Under the pieces are notes generated by a model that saw only the letters and a program-made list of their open reading frames with translations, searched no databases and was not told the DNA's origin. 64,000 nucleotides of DNA from Cystobasidiomycetes sp. EMM_F5 (taxonomy: Eukaryota): contig JBPGPT010000002.1 in NCBI GenBank assembly GCA_051047955.1, positions 682,001 through 746,000 on the forward strand, in the 5' to 3' direction. Numbering within the stretch: position 1 is the stretch's first letter; every line of letters starts with the position of its first letter. Below are positions 52,119 through 64,000 of this stretch, piece by piece. The position numbers and the translations under genes are program-made.

Positions 52119-52295
52119 GTTGTGAATGCAGCGAGTCAGAGTATTTTCCCTGCCTTGCTCGATATTGGTCCAAGATCAAAGGGTCGACTCTGGATCCGAT
52201 TGCCCGGCCAGCTTTCTTGCCAGCTTGCCAGTCGGAGCTTTCTATCGCAACCAAAGCTTGATACACTGCTCAGCGTACACTCAACACTGCCAATC

Positions 52296-53121
52296 ATGTC
52301 GGGAGAAGGCCAGACTTACGTGCTCCAGACTGCCGGGTTTGGTGAGTGGCAGCGTTTTGGACGGGGGAAAGCGCTGGCAGAAGGAGCTGAATATTGTTGG
52401 AAATGGCGTTGTGACGAATAGATGCGAGGTGAGTCGGCTGCTGTGAAGCTACTAACAAGGTGTAGTGCTCATTTATAGCTATGTCCCCTCAGATTCCCGA
52501 ACACCAACGTAGGTCTATCTCGGAGTGGCTCAGATCAGATCAGGCAGCGAAAGAAGCCGTGGGAATGTGGACTGACTGATGCTCTTTATCAAATTCAGCA
52601 AACTAAGCACTGCGTATGTGGTTTCAAGCCATCTCTTCGCCTCGCCAGGTGCTAATACATTTCGTCGTTTCACGATCCGATCCCCGCTGCACAGTGGCAG
52701 AACGTAAGTCGAGAAGTCAACACTTATCGGCGTTGTAGCTGATCGCCGTATGTCGATAGTATGTAGACTACTTCCGCTGCGTCAACGCAAAGGGCGAGGA
52801 ATTCGCGCCATGCAAGCAGGTGGGTCACCGTTCCGAATATCGTATACTCATGAAGGTTTACTGAACATGTCGACTGTTCTCAACAGTTCTACCGAGCATA
52901 CCACAGCTTGTGCCCTAGTGCGTCATGCTTAATTCGTTTTATTGTGTGTGCATAGAGCGCTGACCATTTTCATGCTGTAATTTGCCTCCAGACGAATGGG
53001 TGCGTTGGACCAGCTGCAATCAATCGGAAGAAGTGTGAGCTGATGCCTTTTTCCTCTTCAGATCTCTCGATGGGACGAACAGCGAGATGCTGGCAAATTC
53101 CCTTCAGACTTGTCGCCATAG
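52296..53121 (+). CDS. COX12: Cytochrome c oxidase subunit VIb (9 exons)
   Basis: Spliced 83 aa: MSGEGQTYVLQTAGFDARFPNTNQTKHCWQNYVDYFRCVNAKGEEFAPCKQFYRAYHSLCPNEWISRWDEQRDAGKFPSDLSP; Cx9C-Cx10C. Confidence 0.95.
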
Positions 53122-53335
53122 ATAGTTATCGACAATGTGATGGCGCAGTAGCATCGAGCATGGTTGTATCTACGGGCAACGACTGTCGTCCGTGATTTGT
53201 CATTGAACCAGATCTATGCATTCTGGCCTAGTCTATCTGCATGCGGTTTTACACATTTTCGCGCTGTATATGGTCCATTTGTCTTTCGACTTTCGACGTT
53301 TTTATCATCATAATGTCGGCAGAACCATACCTGGA

Positions 53336-55842
53336 ATGTCGCGAGCCATCGATGCTGCAGCTGTGGATGAGAGACTTGCGCAGGAACTGTCTGCCGCTCG
53401 AGAAGCGTTTTCTAATTATCGCGAGAGTCTTAAAGTGACACCCCAGGATGCATGCTTTCGCCAAGATGACCGTTCTATTCGTCGAGCCCATGCAGAAGCC
53501 ATCAAACAGAATGCTCTTAGCAGGCATAGGCTCCGCAAGATTGTTATCGGGGCTGGATCAAAGCATCATTCGAACATGGACAATGATGCCTGCAAGCATG
53601 CATTGTACTCTGGAAAGAATGGCTTACGAGACATGAAGATGGAGGGTGTTAATTACGGTACGTAATAGTAGCTCGGCATGCTGGAAGTCCTGCTAATTAT
53701 TCGTACAGGCAGTGTCCTTGTTCTCCAAATTGTGGCGCAAAGCTACCGGAACGCTGCGTTGCAGCTATTGGTCTCTGACAGTGCCGGCTGGCTAGTCAGA
53801 GTTGCTCTATACCACGCTAGCGTATCTCGTGAGAAGCAACTGCTGCCCGATACCGTTTTGTGTAGGTGATCGTTTGCATACGTCTCGTACATCCTGCTGA
53901 CTCTCGTTCCGCTACCAATCCAAGACGTTAAAGAGCCATTCATATGTCGGGGCAGCGGCGATTCGTACTTCATCCGGGTCGACTCACCCAGCGACATAGT
54001 GATATGGCCTTCGATACATCAGCTACTTCGTCCGCCTACTGCATTCAAACGCATCACATCACCGGAAGAGGCCAAAGAAATCGGGTCTCGCTTTTTCGTC
54101 GAAGGACACTACCATGAATCCCTACATGCGTATCGACAGGGCTTATTCTGGTACTCCGCCTCAAATACAACCACCGCTCTTTTAGCGCTCAATTGCGCTG
54201 CTGCCTTCCTGAAGCTGGACAAGCCACACTCTGCTCTCGATGTGCTCGCGGAATATTGCTCTGACGAGCATTTAAACGAAATCCAGCAAGACAAAGTCGT
54301 CCATCGAGCGCTCTTAGCATGCAAGGCAATGCCAGACCGTCCGGTAGAAGCTGTCTTCGCCACGCTGCAACCGTCCTTTCGAGCACGACTACAGCGAGAC
54401 GAACATAAATTTTTGCGAGACCTCGTGACCAAGGGCCATAGAAGTGCCGAATTTCCGATAGCGTGGATTGATACTTTCCAGCAGGTCAAACGGGGCGAAG
54501 CTCCTCAGTTGGCCGACTTCACCCACCCAAGCTTGGTAGTGAGAGACGTCAATGGGAAAGGTCGCGGGATTTTTGCGGGTCAGAATATCGCCAAGGGGAC
54601 CCTTCTCATCGTAGCAAGACCGCTTGCGCAAACTTCCGAGACTCCGGACAATCATGCCCTCGTTTCGGGCTTGAATCTGGCCACGGACTCGCTTGATCCG
54701 CCTTCTCATACCAATCTGGTTGCTCAAGTATTTGATGCGCTAGCAGAAGACCCCTCGATCGCAGTCCAACTGGATAGCTTATATGCTGGTCCACACTTTC
54801 CCAGACCAGCGCCTGGTTCGGATCCGGTTGATGTACAGACGCGGACCAAAGTCAGCTTGGATGCCGGGCGAGCAGAAGCAATTTGTGCCTATAACTCCTT
54901 CCATCTGGGCTGCATGACGCGACCTCTTGTGGGGCCAGGTCATGCGGATGCCGACGACGACGAAGCAGAATCAGGACTAGCTCTATACGGCTTCCCATCC
55001 TTTCTTAATCACGCTTGTATCGGCAATGCGGCCTATTCTTTTCTCAAAGATCGCTTTATCCTGCGGTCCCTTGATGATATTGCAGCGGGAGATGAAATTC
55101 TAGATTCGTGAGTTGTACCAATGCCAATATTTCCAACGTATTTCGCTTATGCCGCATCTACAGATACTGCGATGGATCAGCCAATCTACTTCAGCGAAGG
55201 TCCCGCTTTGGCAGGTTTGGCTTTACGTGTACCTGCAATTTGTGCCGCTTGGATAAGCAAGATGGGATGGATAGTGTCAAGAGACGACGCGATCTCGCTC
55301 GAGAGTGGGAGAAAATGACCAGCAGATCTGGGCTCACGATTGAGGAGATTCAGTGGTTTTGCGATGAGGTTAACGCAACATACTCCAGCAAACGATCGAC
55401 TCTTAGACCGGAAATGTTCAGGATATATCGCCAGACTAGCGAATGCTACGCGAGTACACCAGACGAAGCCCAACAAGCGTTTCAGGCCGATCTGAACGCA
55501 CTGAAGAGCATTGGAGCAACCTTCGCAATCACGCTTTCCAAGCAGTCTACTACTGTAGACAGGGAAGAGAGTATCTTCACAAAGTACCCAGTTCTGAAAC
55601 AGCAAGATGCCGTTATCGCATGCATCAAGCTGGCTAATGACTGCATGAACTCAGGGAATACCGGCTTGAGCAGGTTTGTCATCATTGACGCTAAAAAGGA
55701 TTCAGGTGATACTAAGATTTTGAGCTTTTGCAGACTGTGGTTAGCGGATGCTGAACACATTCACGATCTGCTGTTCGGTGCGGGGCTATTTGAGACACGA
55801 ATGGGTCTATTTGCGAAAGAGCGCGGTTGGCGGATTCGTTGA
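53336..55842 (+). CDS. TPR + SET domain protein (SMYD-like putative lysine methyltransferase); start approximate
   Basis: TPR (AKEIGSRFF..LALNCAAAFLKL), SET (GKGRGIFA..GTLL; FPSFLNHAC..IAAGDEILDSY), post-SET FTCTCNLC. Confidence 0.82.
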
Positions 55843-56026
55843 CAGGATGCGGGAATATGTAGACAGCCCTATAGTCACGCATGGTCATGTAAGCAGTATC
55901 AGCTACACTTTGCCTGGTGCGTTTATGGAACAGCATTCGATCAGGCATCGCATTACGACCTGTTCTCACAAGCTCCGCATTCAGGCTTGACTAGTGACCA
56001 GTCTGTATTGCGCATAGCAGCACAAT

Positions 56027-57196
56027 ATGATTCTGCTCGAAGATGCCAATTCTCTGATCCAAACGCTGCTGCTGGATCGCATCGCCAAACCGGCCAACAT
56101 CGACCAGCTCTTCGTCGACTTTGACGGCGTAGCGTACCATTTATCGAGCCCGGAGAAGGGTAACCGCACTACTATTGTGCTGTCCATGTGTATGCGCCAG
56201 GCGTGCTGGCAAGAACTCGTTTCATACGGCGTGCTGGACGTGCTCCGTCGGGAGTACGGAGACTACTTGCAGACGCAGGTCGAAGGCCATACACTGCGCA
56301 GCGATGGCACACACTTCCAATGGGACGTCAGTCTCAAGTTTGATATTGGTCCAGACGGCGCAGGTGCCTTGCCCGAGGATCAGCAGAAGGAGCTTATCAG
56401 GAAGCTGGCTATGATCAAGCGGTATGTTGCCAAGGCCGACAGAATAATGATCTCGTTTGCTTAATCGTACTCCATTGTAGTAACGCAATCGCTGCTCCGT
56501 TCGAGAGAGCATTTACCCTACAAAAGCAACTGGAACAGACCGGGGCGCAAGCCAGGAATGACGACGGCAGTACAAGACCGTCGGAGCATTTGATGGCCGT
56601 GCATTACAGGTATGTAATATGCAAAGAACGGCTGAAACCAGTTTGTATTACTGACTGAATTTACGAGCAGAGAGGAAGAGGCCATCTATGTCATCCCTTC
56701 AGATGACCGTGTCACCGTCATCTTCAGCACCATCTTCCGCGAGGAGACTGATAAAGTATTCGCAAAAGTCTTCTTACAAGAATTCTACGACGCACGTCGG
56801 TTGCCGAGCATCCAATCTGCCCCTCAAGTCCTGTACTCCAATCGGGAACCGCCTACGGAAATCCGACATTTGCCAGGCCTCTCTAGCGCAGAGAACGTCG
56901 GCTATGTCACCTTTGGTAAGATATGCGGACTTGTTGCTGTACTCAGGCTAATATCATAGTTTGCAGTCTTATTCCCACGACACTTTCAGAATGCGGAAGT
57001 TCAGGCGAGAACGATCAGTCAGATCCAACTCTTCAGAGATTACCTCCATTACCACATCAAATGCTCAAAAGCGTACATGCATTCACGTATGCGTGCAAGG
57101 GTAGCCGAGTTCTTGAAGGTCCTCAATCGGGCGAAGCCAGAAGTAGCAGACAGGGAGCGGAGAACCGTCAGCGGACGAAGCTTTGTAAGATCGTAG
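56027..57196 (+). CDS. ARC35: Arp2/3 complex 34 kDa subunit (ARPC2)
   Basis: [72 protein letters not shown]. Confidence 0.96.
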
Positions 57197-57657
57197 ACTG
57201 GTGTATGTCACCGTGGGCGCAAGTCATCCATGGCAAGCTGTCGCATTTTTCCCTCGCTGGGAGGCCGTTGTGCTATATTGGCGTGCAAGGATTTGGCAAC
57301 ACTGACACGCTTCGCGTATCTTCTCTTCTAACGTTACAGGCACTGCAAATCTGGTCTCAACCCAGGCATTATGTTGAAATGCAGTCGTCCGGGTGCATGC
57401 AAGTGCTACTAATCTTTCTCTCGTTCTCTTACCGTTTACCTGCTTGATCGCTCCCCCATGCCTGTCACTGACTAACACCGCAATGACTGCTTAACGTGCA
57501 GGTTTGCTGTATTTGAAGTTTCTCTACGTCTCTGCTGTCCCGAACTTTACGCATTTTTCGTTCTGCTTCTATTCTGTATTAGATTCTTCTGAATTCCCTT
57601 CGTGTTCATGAAGATTGTGTCATTCTTTCATCTGCTGCATGGTGCAGATAACGCTGA

Positions 57658-60600
57658 TCAATCCGTGCTGTAGACTTCCATGTGAGCCAACTGTAAAAGC
57701 TTCAACGTCTTGATCGGGGTTGGTGGCTTGTTCTCGTCTGTGTCAAAGTCGCTCTCTTCGTCTGATTCGTTACCAGTGGCAGGCCGACGAGGCGGCGGAG
57801 GCGATGATGTATGAGAAGACGGTGGACTCAGTCGACGTTCGTACGGCTCATCATCCTCATCGCCCATGTAGTGATACTCCATACAATCTGGACAGTAAAC
57901 AGTCTGGCCTCTTCGTTGTGGCGGCCCTGGTGGGGCAGGATTTGGTGTAGGGACCGGAGCCTTGAAGATCTTGGGATCTGACTTGCCTTTGAGTACTCGC
58001 TTCCAGTTGACATCGTCTGGCTTGCGCGCAAGCTTTGACCAAGTCTCCAATTCCCCAGGCCAGATGCCTCGCCAAATCAACAAGATTTGACGGTTCTTGT
58101 AAGCATGGCTGCAACCGTCCACAGTGAGCCGGGAGATATCTCTGAATGCATCCTGCGGCAAGAGCTGAATCGCAATATGGGAATATCTGAGTGCAGCGGT
58201 CGTTAAGTCCTGATGGGCCCAGGGTAGAAATACAGGGTAGATCAGATGCTGTGCATCGCGTTGGAGATATTTAAGCCATACCTCAATAAACGCGATTCTC
58301 GCTTCGCGAGTCACGCCAAGACTCTCAAGCATTTCGTCAAGGACAGTCTTGATGTATGGGACCTTTGGCTCTTCTGCTTCAATGCTGATTGGCGGAGGCA
58401 CACCCTTATTGCGGAGACGAATGAGCTTCTTCCTTAGCCGTCCATTACCCTTCGTAGTGTGTGCTTCGTCTCCCGTGCTGGTCTCGCCCTCCATATCATC
58501 AGCATTCTGGCCAGTCGCGGCTGCCATTGTGGTATCCATTGCTTGATTGGTAGGGTTGGCCGCATCGACATCGATTGTGTCAGCTTCGTCACCAGCAGTC
58601 TCTACCGCCGCACTCGAGGTAGTTACTGCATCTTCATTGTTCTCTGCCGTCACGCTACCATTTCCCTCCAAGGTGGACACTGCAGACGCTGCTGCGTGGG
58701 ATCTGGCCTCTGCAGCTCGAGCAGCTGCTTCCCTTGGCGAGAGGCGGTCAGTGGCGTCTTGTCCAACATCGTCACTATCTTCTTCTGCAGCTTCTTGCGA
58801 CATCGCAGTATTCGTGTCAGCAGCAGCAGCAGGCTCAGCTGCAGCACTTGCTGCAGCGTCTGCAGATTGAGTTTCCGGATCAGCCGCGATGTGGGTAGCG
58901 CTGTCCTCAATACCAGCTTGTCCAGCTTCTACGGTCGATGTACGCTCGGTTGTTGCATCATTGGGATCGCCAGGAGCGCCAGCTGAAGGAGTCTTCTTTT
59001 TGCGCTTCGCTTCAGCATCGTAAGCGTGAAGATACTTGGTTCTAACAATGACAGATTGACGCATGACTAGCTGTTTTGTGCAAGGGTTGATCTCGAGACA
59101 ATCGTCATCCTCGTCTGATGGGCAACCCATATCGTCGTAGAGGTCATCTCTCTCGTAGTCCGAATTGAAATAGGAGGAAGCTGTGTTTACCGAATCCGCA
59201 TTTGATGCTTCAGAAGTCACGCTTGCATTGTCTTCGTCAGCCGGCACATCACGCACGACAAGCAGTGGCATTCCCGTCGCGCTGAGAAACCCACTATCAT
59301 GTTGGCCCGCTACCGAATCAGTACTCGTGTTCGCTTGTCCATCCGTAGCAGCCGCTACTGCTGAAGTAGAAGTGGAAGCAACAGGTTGTTCAGCCGTATC
59401 TCCTGCAGCAGGACCACGCCTCCTTGCCGCAGCTCGTCGTTCACGTCTTGTACGTCTCCTCAACTTCTTTTGCTCTCTCCGCTCTGCCCTCAGTTCGTGC
59501 AGCTCACGACGGACTTCGAGCTCAATATCGACGGGCGTCGGATTCTCGCAGACTTCTGCAACGAGATCGAGAACGACGCGTAGTATAGATCCTGGAGATC
59601 CTGTTTCAATTGAAGTGGCAGAGGGAACGGGAGGGGCAGGTGCCGGTACAGCTGCGGGTTGAGCTGTCACGGAGTCTGTAGTGTTTGGACTGTTTGCTGC
59701 GACATTTCCAGCTGCGGAAGAGGATGCAATGACAGTTGTTGCGGGGGCGGATGTGCCCGCGGATGTGCCCGTGATTGGTACAGGTAAGATGCCCTCGTTT
59801 GCTACTATTACGTTTGGTACTCCTTGTCCGGCGGTTCCGTCAGCACCGGTCTGTGCAGCATCAGCGTGGTCTCCTGTACCTTGAGCGGCAGCAACTGAAG
59901 TCTGGGCAGTGACGTATGGCGCTACAGCAACCTGTTCGATGACGGTCGCAGCAGCATCATCAGCGAGTACGGGCTCAGCGGAGGCTGTAACTGCCGGGGG
60001 TGCGGACACGGAGATTTCAGAAGGTGCTTTGACAGATATGTCGGACGGACGCTCCAGGCCCCACAACATTATCTGTCGTCTTGGATGATTGTTGTCTTTA
60101 TCGTAGTCATTCTGCGCAATTGCAATACTTTCAATTATTTGCCTGTTTTTTCGGCACTTTACTGAATAATACAGATACTCACCTCGGTTGGATCAATGTC
60201 CTGCTTGTATGCATGCCAAGTCCTTGCCAAGATTAGTCCAACAACGACCGACGTGATGCCTTTTGCACTAAGGAGATCCTTTACGGGGTAGACGTATACA
60301 AACGATCTTGCCGTTCTCTTCCTCGTCACTGCATACGTAAGTAGACTAGCTGGACTGATACCCGCTTGAGCGACCGTGTGATGTAACGGGAGATCGTCTA
60401 TCGTCACTTGACCGCTCGGATTCGGGTTGTACTCTCCTAGATCCACTTCATCCTGGATCGCGTGCCACACGGGATGTTTGACGTGGTAGAGTTTGATGGC
60501 ATTGAGTGGCAGTTCTTTATCGCATCCGTTGCCTGTAAGAGACGGAACGGCAGAATCGATAAAGTGACCGCATTTGCCTACTGGAATCTTGCTAGAGATG

Positions 60601-61608
60601 CGAGAGTGTAGGAGGATGAGAATGTCAGATATGAGCGTCTTGGAGTGGACGTGCAGTGTGTATTCGGATGTCAGCCATGATGGCGCATTGATGGCGCTTA
60701 CACCGAGAATGCGAATGGGGAGGCGGTCTGTGGATGAGGTAGAAGTTAACGGGGTGGAATTTAGAGGATGCGGAAGAGAGGTGTACCTGCAGTCGCCTTG
60801 AAGCTATTCCCTGTAAGCAAGATTCAAAGTCAGATGAGGGTCAACCCAGCGCGAGGCAAACGAGGTGTACCTGCAGTCGATGTCTTTGAGGCATTTTCTA
60901 CGAGTAAGAGTAGTGTCAAACGAGATATCGACCAGAAAATGAGGAAATAAGAGACATACCTTCCGTCGACGCCCTGAAGCCATCACCTACTACCCTCACT
61001 AGAGCATTCTCGTTCGAAGCGGTCTGTGCGTTTTCGAGAGCAATGGCAGGCTGACCATTTGTAATAGCCAGAGGTTCCTTCTTTGAGGAGACCTTGTTCT
61101 GTTTAGTCTTCTTGCCATGCACGTCATCAACACTCGCATGTACCTTTGACGATACCTTCTGGTCTGATTTCACTGGCGCTTTGACCCTCACCCGAAGTCG
61201 GACGTTGTCGAAAGCAGGCGTGCGTTTCAGTTTCTTGTTTGGAGTGGATGAGAGGGGTGTTTGGAGGGGTGAGACGTCAGAGATGCAAGTGGAGGTGCTG
61301 TTCTCCACCTCGTCGAGTGTCCTCTTTCGAGTGGCGGAGGATGTGGACGAGGATGCAACATTGAGATTTGGAACGACGCTACTCGTTTTTGCGCATTCAG
61401 ACTCGTCCACATGGTCCTGGACATCAACAAACAGCCGCTTGTCCGCCGAAGGGAGTGAGACGTAAATTTCCAAGTCTCTATTTACGCGCTGTATGCGTGT
61501 GGGAGGAATGCCATAGTCGTTGCTGGCCTCGTCGTGGATGGTGCAGCCTTGGAATGAGAGAGCGTCGTCTGCGTTGAGGTTGGCGTCACCACTGCCTGGC
61601 TCAGCCAT
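57658..61608 (-). CDS. Large multi-exon protein: degenerate ubiquitin-like domain + KPVIYL-type fungal domain interrupted by a long acidic disordered insertion
   Basis: ORFs 60916-61608, about 60183-60727 and 57658-60111 join in frame via GT-AG introns and two micro-exons; motifs FVYVYP..VVVGLILARTW and LDEMLESLGVTREARIAFIEVWL..HIAIQLLPQ..LLIWRGI. Confidence 0.6.
60778..60879. repeat. 18-bp direct repeat (gaggtgtacctgcagtcg) at 60778-60795 and 60862-60879, coinciding with two exon/intron junctions
   Basis: Exact match seen; on the minus strand each copy reads cgactgcag|gtacacctc. Confidence 0.85.
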
Positions 61609-62403
61609 GGTCAGAGTATCACGGTGACGAGGAAAGAACGAGTCGAGCTGTCAGAGCAATAGAGCGATATCAGATAGACTGGCCTGGCGAAGGGCATACT
61701 CAGTCTTCACCACAGTCTGGACACTGCGTCGCCGTCGCCGTCTGCTCGACCAGCTCATGCGATGGCCATGTCGGAGGTGAGAGTGCTAGTCTATACAGTA
61801 GTATTCCGTAATTTGTAATGGATGATATCTTTGCATGTCGAGTATATCCATGTCCTAATGACAGTCTACGCGACTGATATTCCAGACTAATCATTGCTAC
61901 ACACACCCTCTGTCCAAGTTGAACACTCGTCGTCACTCCGCCACCCTTGTTTGCACCCATTCCACGCGACTACTTTTGTCCGATTGCACCTCTCCCTCCG
62001 ACCGAGACAGAGTGGGCGGTTGAGAGGCAGCACAGCAATACAACACCACTCTGCACTCTGCACTCCCTCACTCACTCACTGCCTCCCCTCTCCCACTCCC
62101 CACTCTCACATTCCCCCTCCTCTCGGCTCCCTTGTTGTTTGATCGAGCATTTCCAGGTTTACAAGTCGAGTATTAACTTACTTATCGTGCAGCACTCTCA
62201 CACCGCACACTGCACAACACATATACCCCCCGTCCGCCTGTCGGTCGATAGTATACCCTCCCAGCTCGATACATGGCAGCCTCCCAAGCCGCTGCAAAGG
62301 TGGGCAAATGGAATGACAGCCAGTTTACTGTACACCCCGCTGACACACCTCTTCTTGTTCTTGTACAAAACAGCCCCGCGCACGCAGAGCCTCACGCGCA
62401 CCC

Positions 62404-64000
62404 ATGAGCAAATCACTCAGCGTAGACGAGGGCGTCTTGGCGGCAAGCAACAGCACCACCTACAACTACCCTCAGCAGGCAGCCTCGGTAGCGTCGTCGA
62501 TGGTAAACAATGCCACTTCGTTCTTTGGACGACCGAGCAGCATGATGGCAAGGACATCTTCGTCGACTGCCGCTCTGAACCCCACAAACGCAACAGCAGT
62601 AGGCCTCGCACATCGTATGAAGAGTGCTTCCATTTCGACGGGAAACAAGCTGGCAACGTCCAATGCGACCGCTCCGTACAAGGACATAGATGCAAAGCCA
62701 AGTGTCAACAACGCAGGTCCACGGAGAGTGCTGGGTGACTTGTCCAATGCAAACAAGGTGGGTCCTGAATCATCCCCACGTACTCGCCTAACGCATCCGA
62801 CAGCAAAACAATGACATACGCGGAAAGGATGGTGCCAAGGATGGGGCAGTCAAGCCAGTAGCTACGCGCGTAAGATCGACATCAAGTCTGTCTTCAAAGC
62901 CCCTCGCTCCAAAATCATCGACAGCCGTATCCTCAAACAGTCTGGCTTCTGTCAGTGCCGCTTCGACTGGCTTTGTCAGTGCCCCCACCGCGCACTCGCG
63001 TACCACTTCTGCCGCTTCCAGACACTCGCACAAGTCGTCGCAGTCTTCCATTCAAGGTGTCCCGACTGAACGTGTACGCGTAAGGACCGTGTCGTCGGAT
63101 TTACAAGCCGTCTCCAACGTTCCCGGTGCTCCTCGTATCGGATCGGGATCATGGGCCAAACCTGGTCTCCACTCTAGATCGACCTCTGCTACCTCGACCC
63201 ACCAAGTCGCACACGCAAATGCACATGTCAATGTCATTGAAGACGGTCCTGATAATCTCGAAGAAGTCCTCGATACAGTCGACGAGGGTGATTCGTACAG
63301 TGTCGACAATCAGCATGGTCTAGGCATTACGGTTGCGGGACCATCATCTGAGCAAGATCAGCTAAACCATGCTCACGATGAGGAAATGTTGGATAATTCA
63401 GACAGTTCGGGTCTAAGCGTGCGACAGGACGAACAATCCTGGACTGCCGCTTCTGCTGCCGTGTCAAAGCAGGTTACTCGCAGTGGATCGTCAAATGAGA
63501 CGTTTGAGCTCGATCTCGACGCCGCACTGGATGATGTAGCTGCATCCCAGGATATTGAACAGGGTCGTCGAGCTGGACAGGCAGAGTATGACGGAATGGA
63601 AGTGGACAATCGAACAAACAAGAAGCTCAAGCGCGATAATTCCGGATTGAATGTCGTCTCTCAGCGTCCGACGACATCCCATCGCTCATCTGCGTCCAAT
63701 GGTAGATTGGCAATCACACCAGTAGACCCGGAGAATTGGTTGGTCTTGCGTGAAGAAGTACAGCGTGCAGCAGAAGTAAAGATTGCGCAGGTTCAGAGGG
63801 ACTATAAAGAGGACCTTGATGCTTGGGATATGAGCATGGTCGCAGAGTATTCTGATGAAATTTTCGCCTACATGGAAGAGCTAGAGGTGAGACGGGCAGC
63901 CTTTGTGTGTTCTTTATTCTTGCAGAGGGCTGAGGGGTGCCTTTTTCGACAGATTGCTTCGATGCCTAATCCAGTATACATGAAGGAACAAACGGAGATC
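62404..64000 (+). CDS. B-type (G2/M) cyclin, 3'-truncated at window edge
   Basis: Destruction box RRVLGDLSN; long disordered N-terminus; start of cyclin box DAWDMSMVAEYSDEIFAYMEELE/IASMPNPVYMKEQTEI. Confidence 0.88.

Noticed and set aside
61947..62403. 263-aa ORF and CT/CA-rich tract upstream of the cyclin
   Set aside because: Low-complexity pyrimidine-rich promoter/5'UTR typical of fungi; the ORF overlaps the cyclin in another frame

Overview
This is a compact, intron-rich eukaryotic genome window, not prokaryotic. Introns are short (mostly about 50-90 nt), GT-AG, with CTRAC-type branch points, and the protein style points to a basidiomycete fungus, probably a Pucciniomycotina yeast (inference). 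About 33 protein-coding genes were reconstructed by manual splicing. Most are housekeeping: AOS1, ISD11, U1-70K, an SR-type cyclophilin, DHR2-like helicase, ALG10, MED18, SRS2, RPP0, BPL1, ROK1, DPM1, PRP18, COX12, ARC35 and a partial B-type cyclin. Six loci stand out: (1) a tandem array of three unrecognised secreted proteins with identical intron phases and a conserved Cys pair (34.7-38.0 kb); (2) an animal/plant-type base-exchange phosphatidylserine synthase, whereas model fungi use Cho1; (3) an ORP-like microbial rhodopsin with an intact DTE motif and Schiff-base Lys; (4) an orphan gene with a 51-bp coding minisatellite; (5) a degenerate ubiquitin-like/KPVIYL-type fusion gene with a very large acidic insertion and duplicated micro-exons; (6) a 9-exon COX12 with 7-16 nt micro-exons. 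No tRNA, rRNA, CRISPR or transposon could be supported. Coordinates of spliced genes give the outer CDS span, and family calls come from motif recognition, not database searches.
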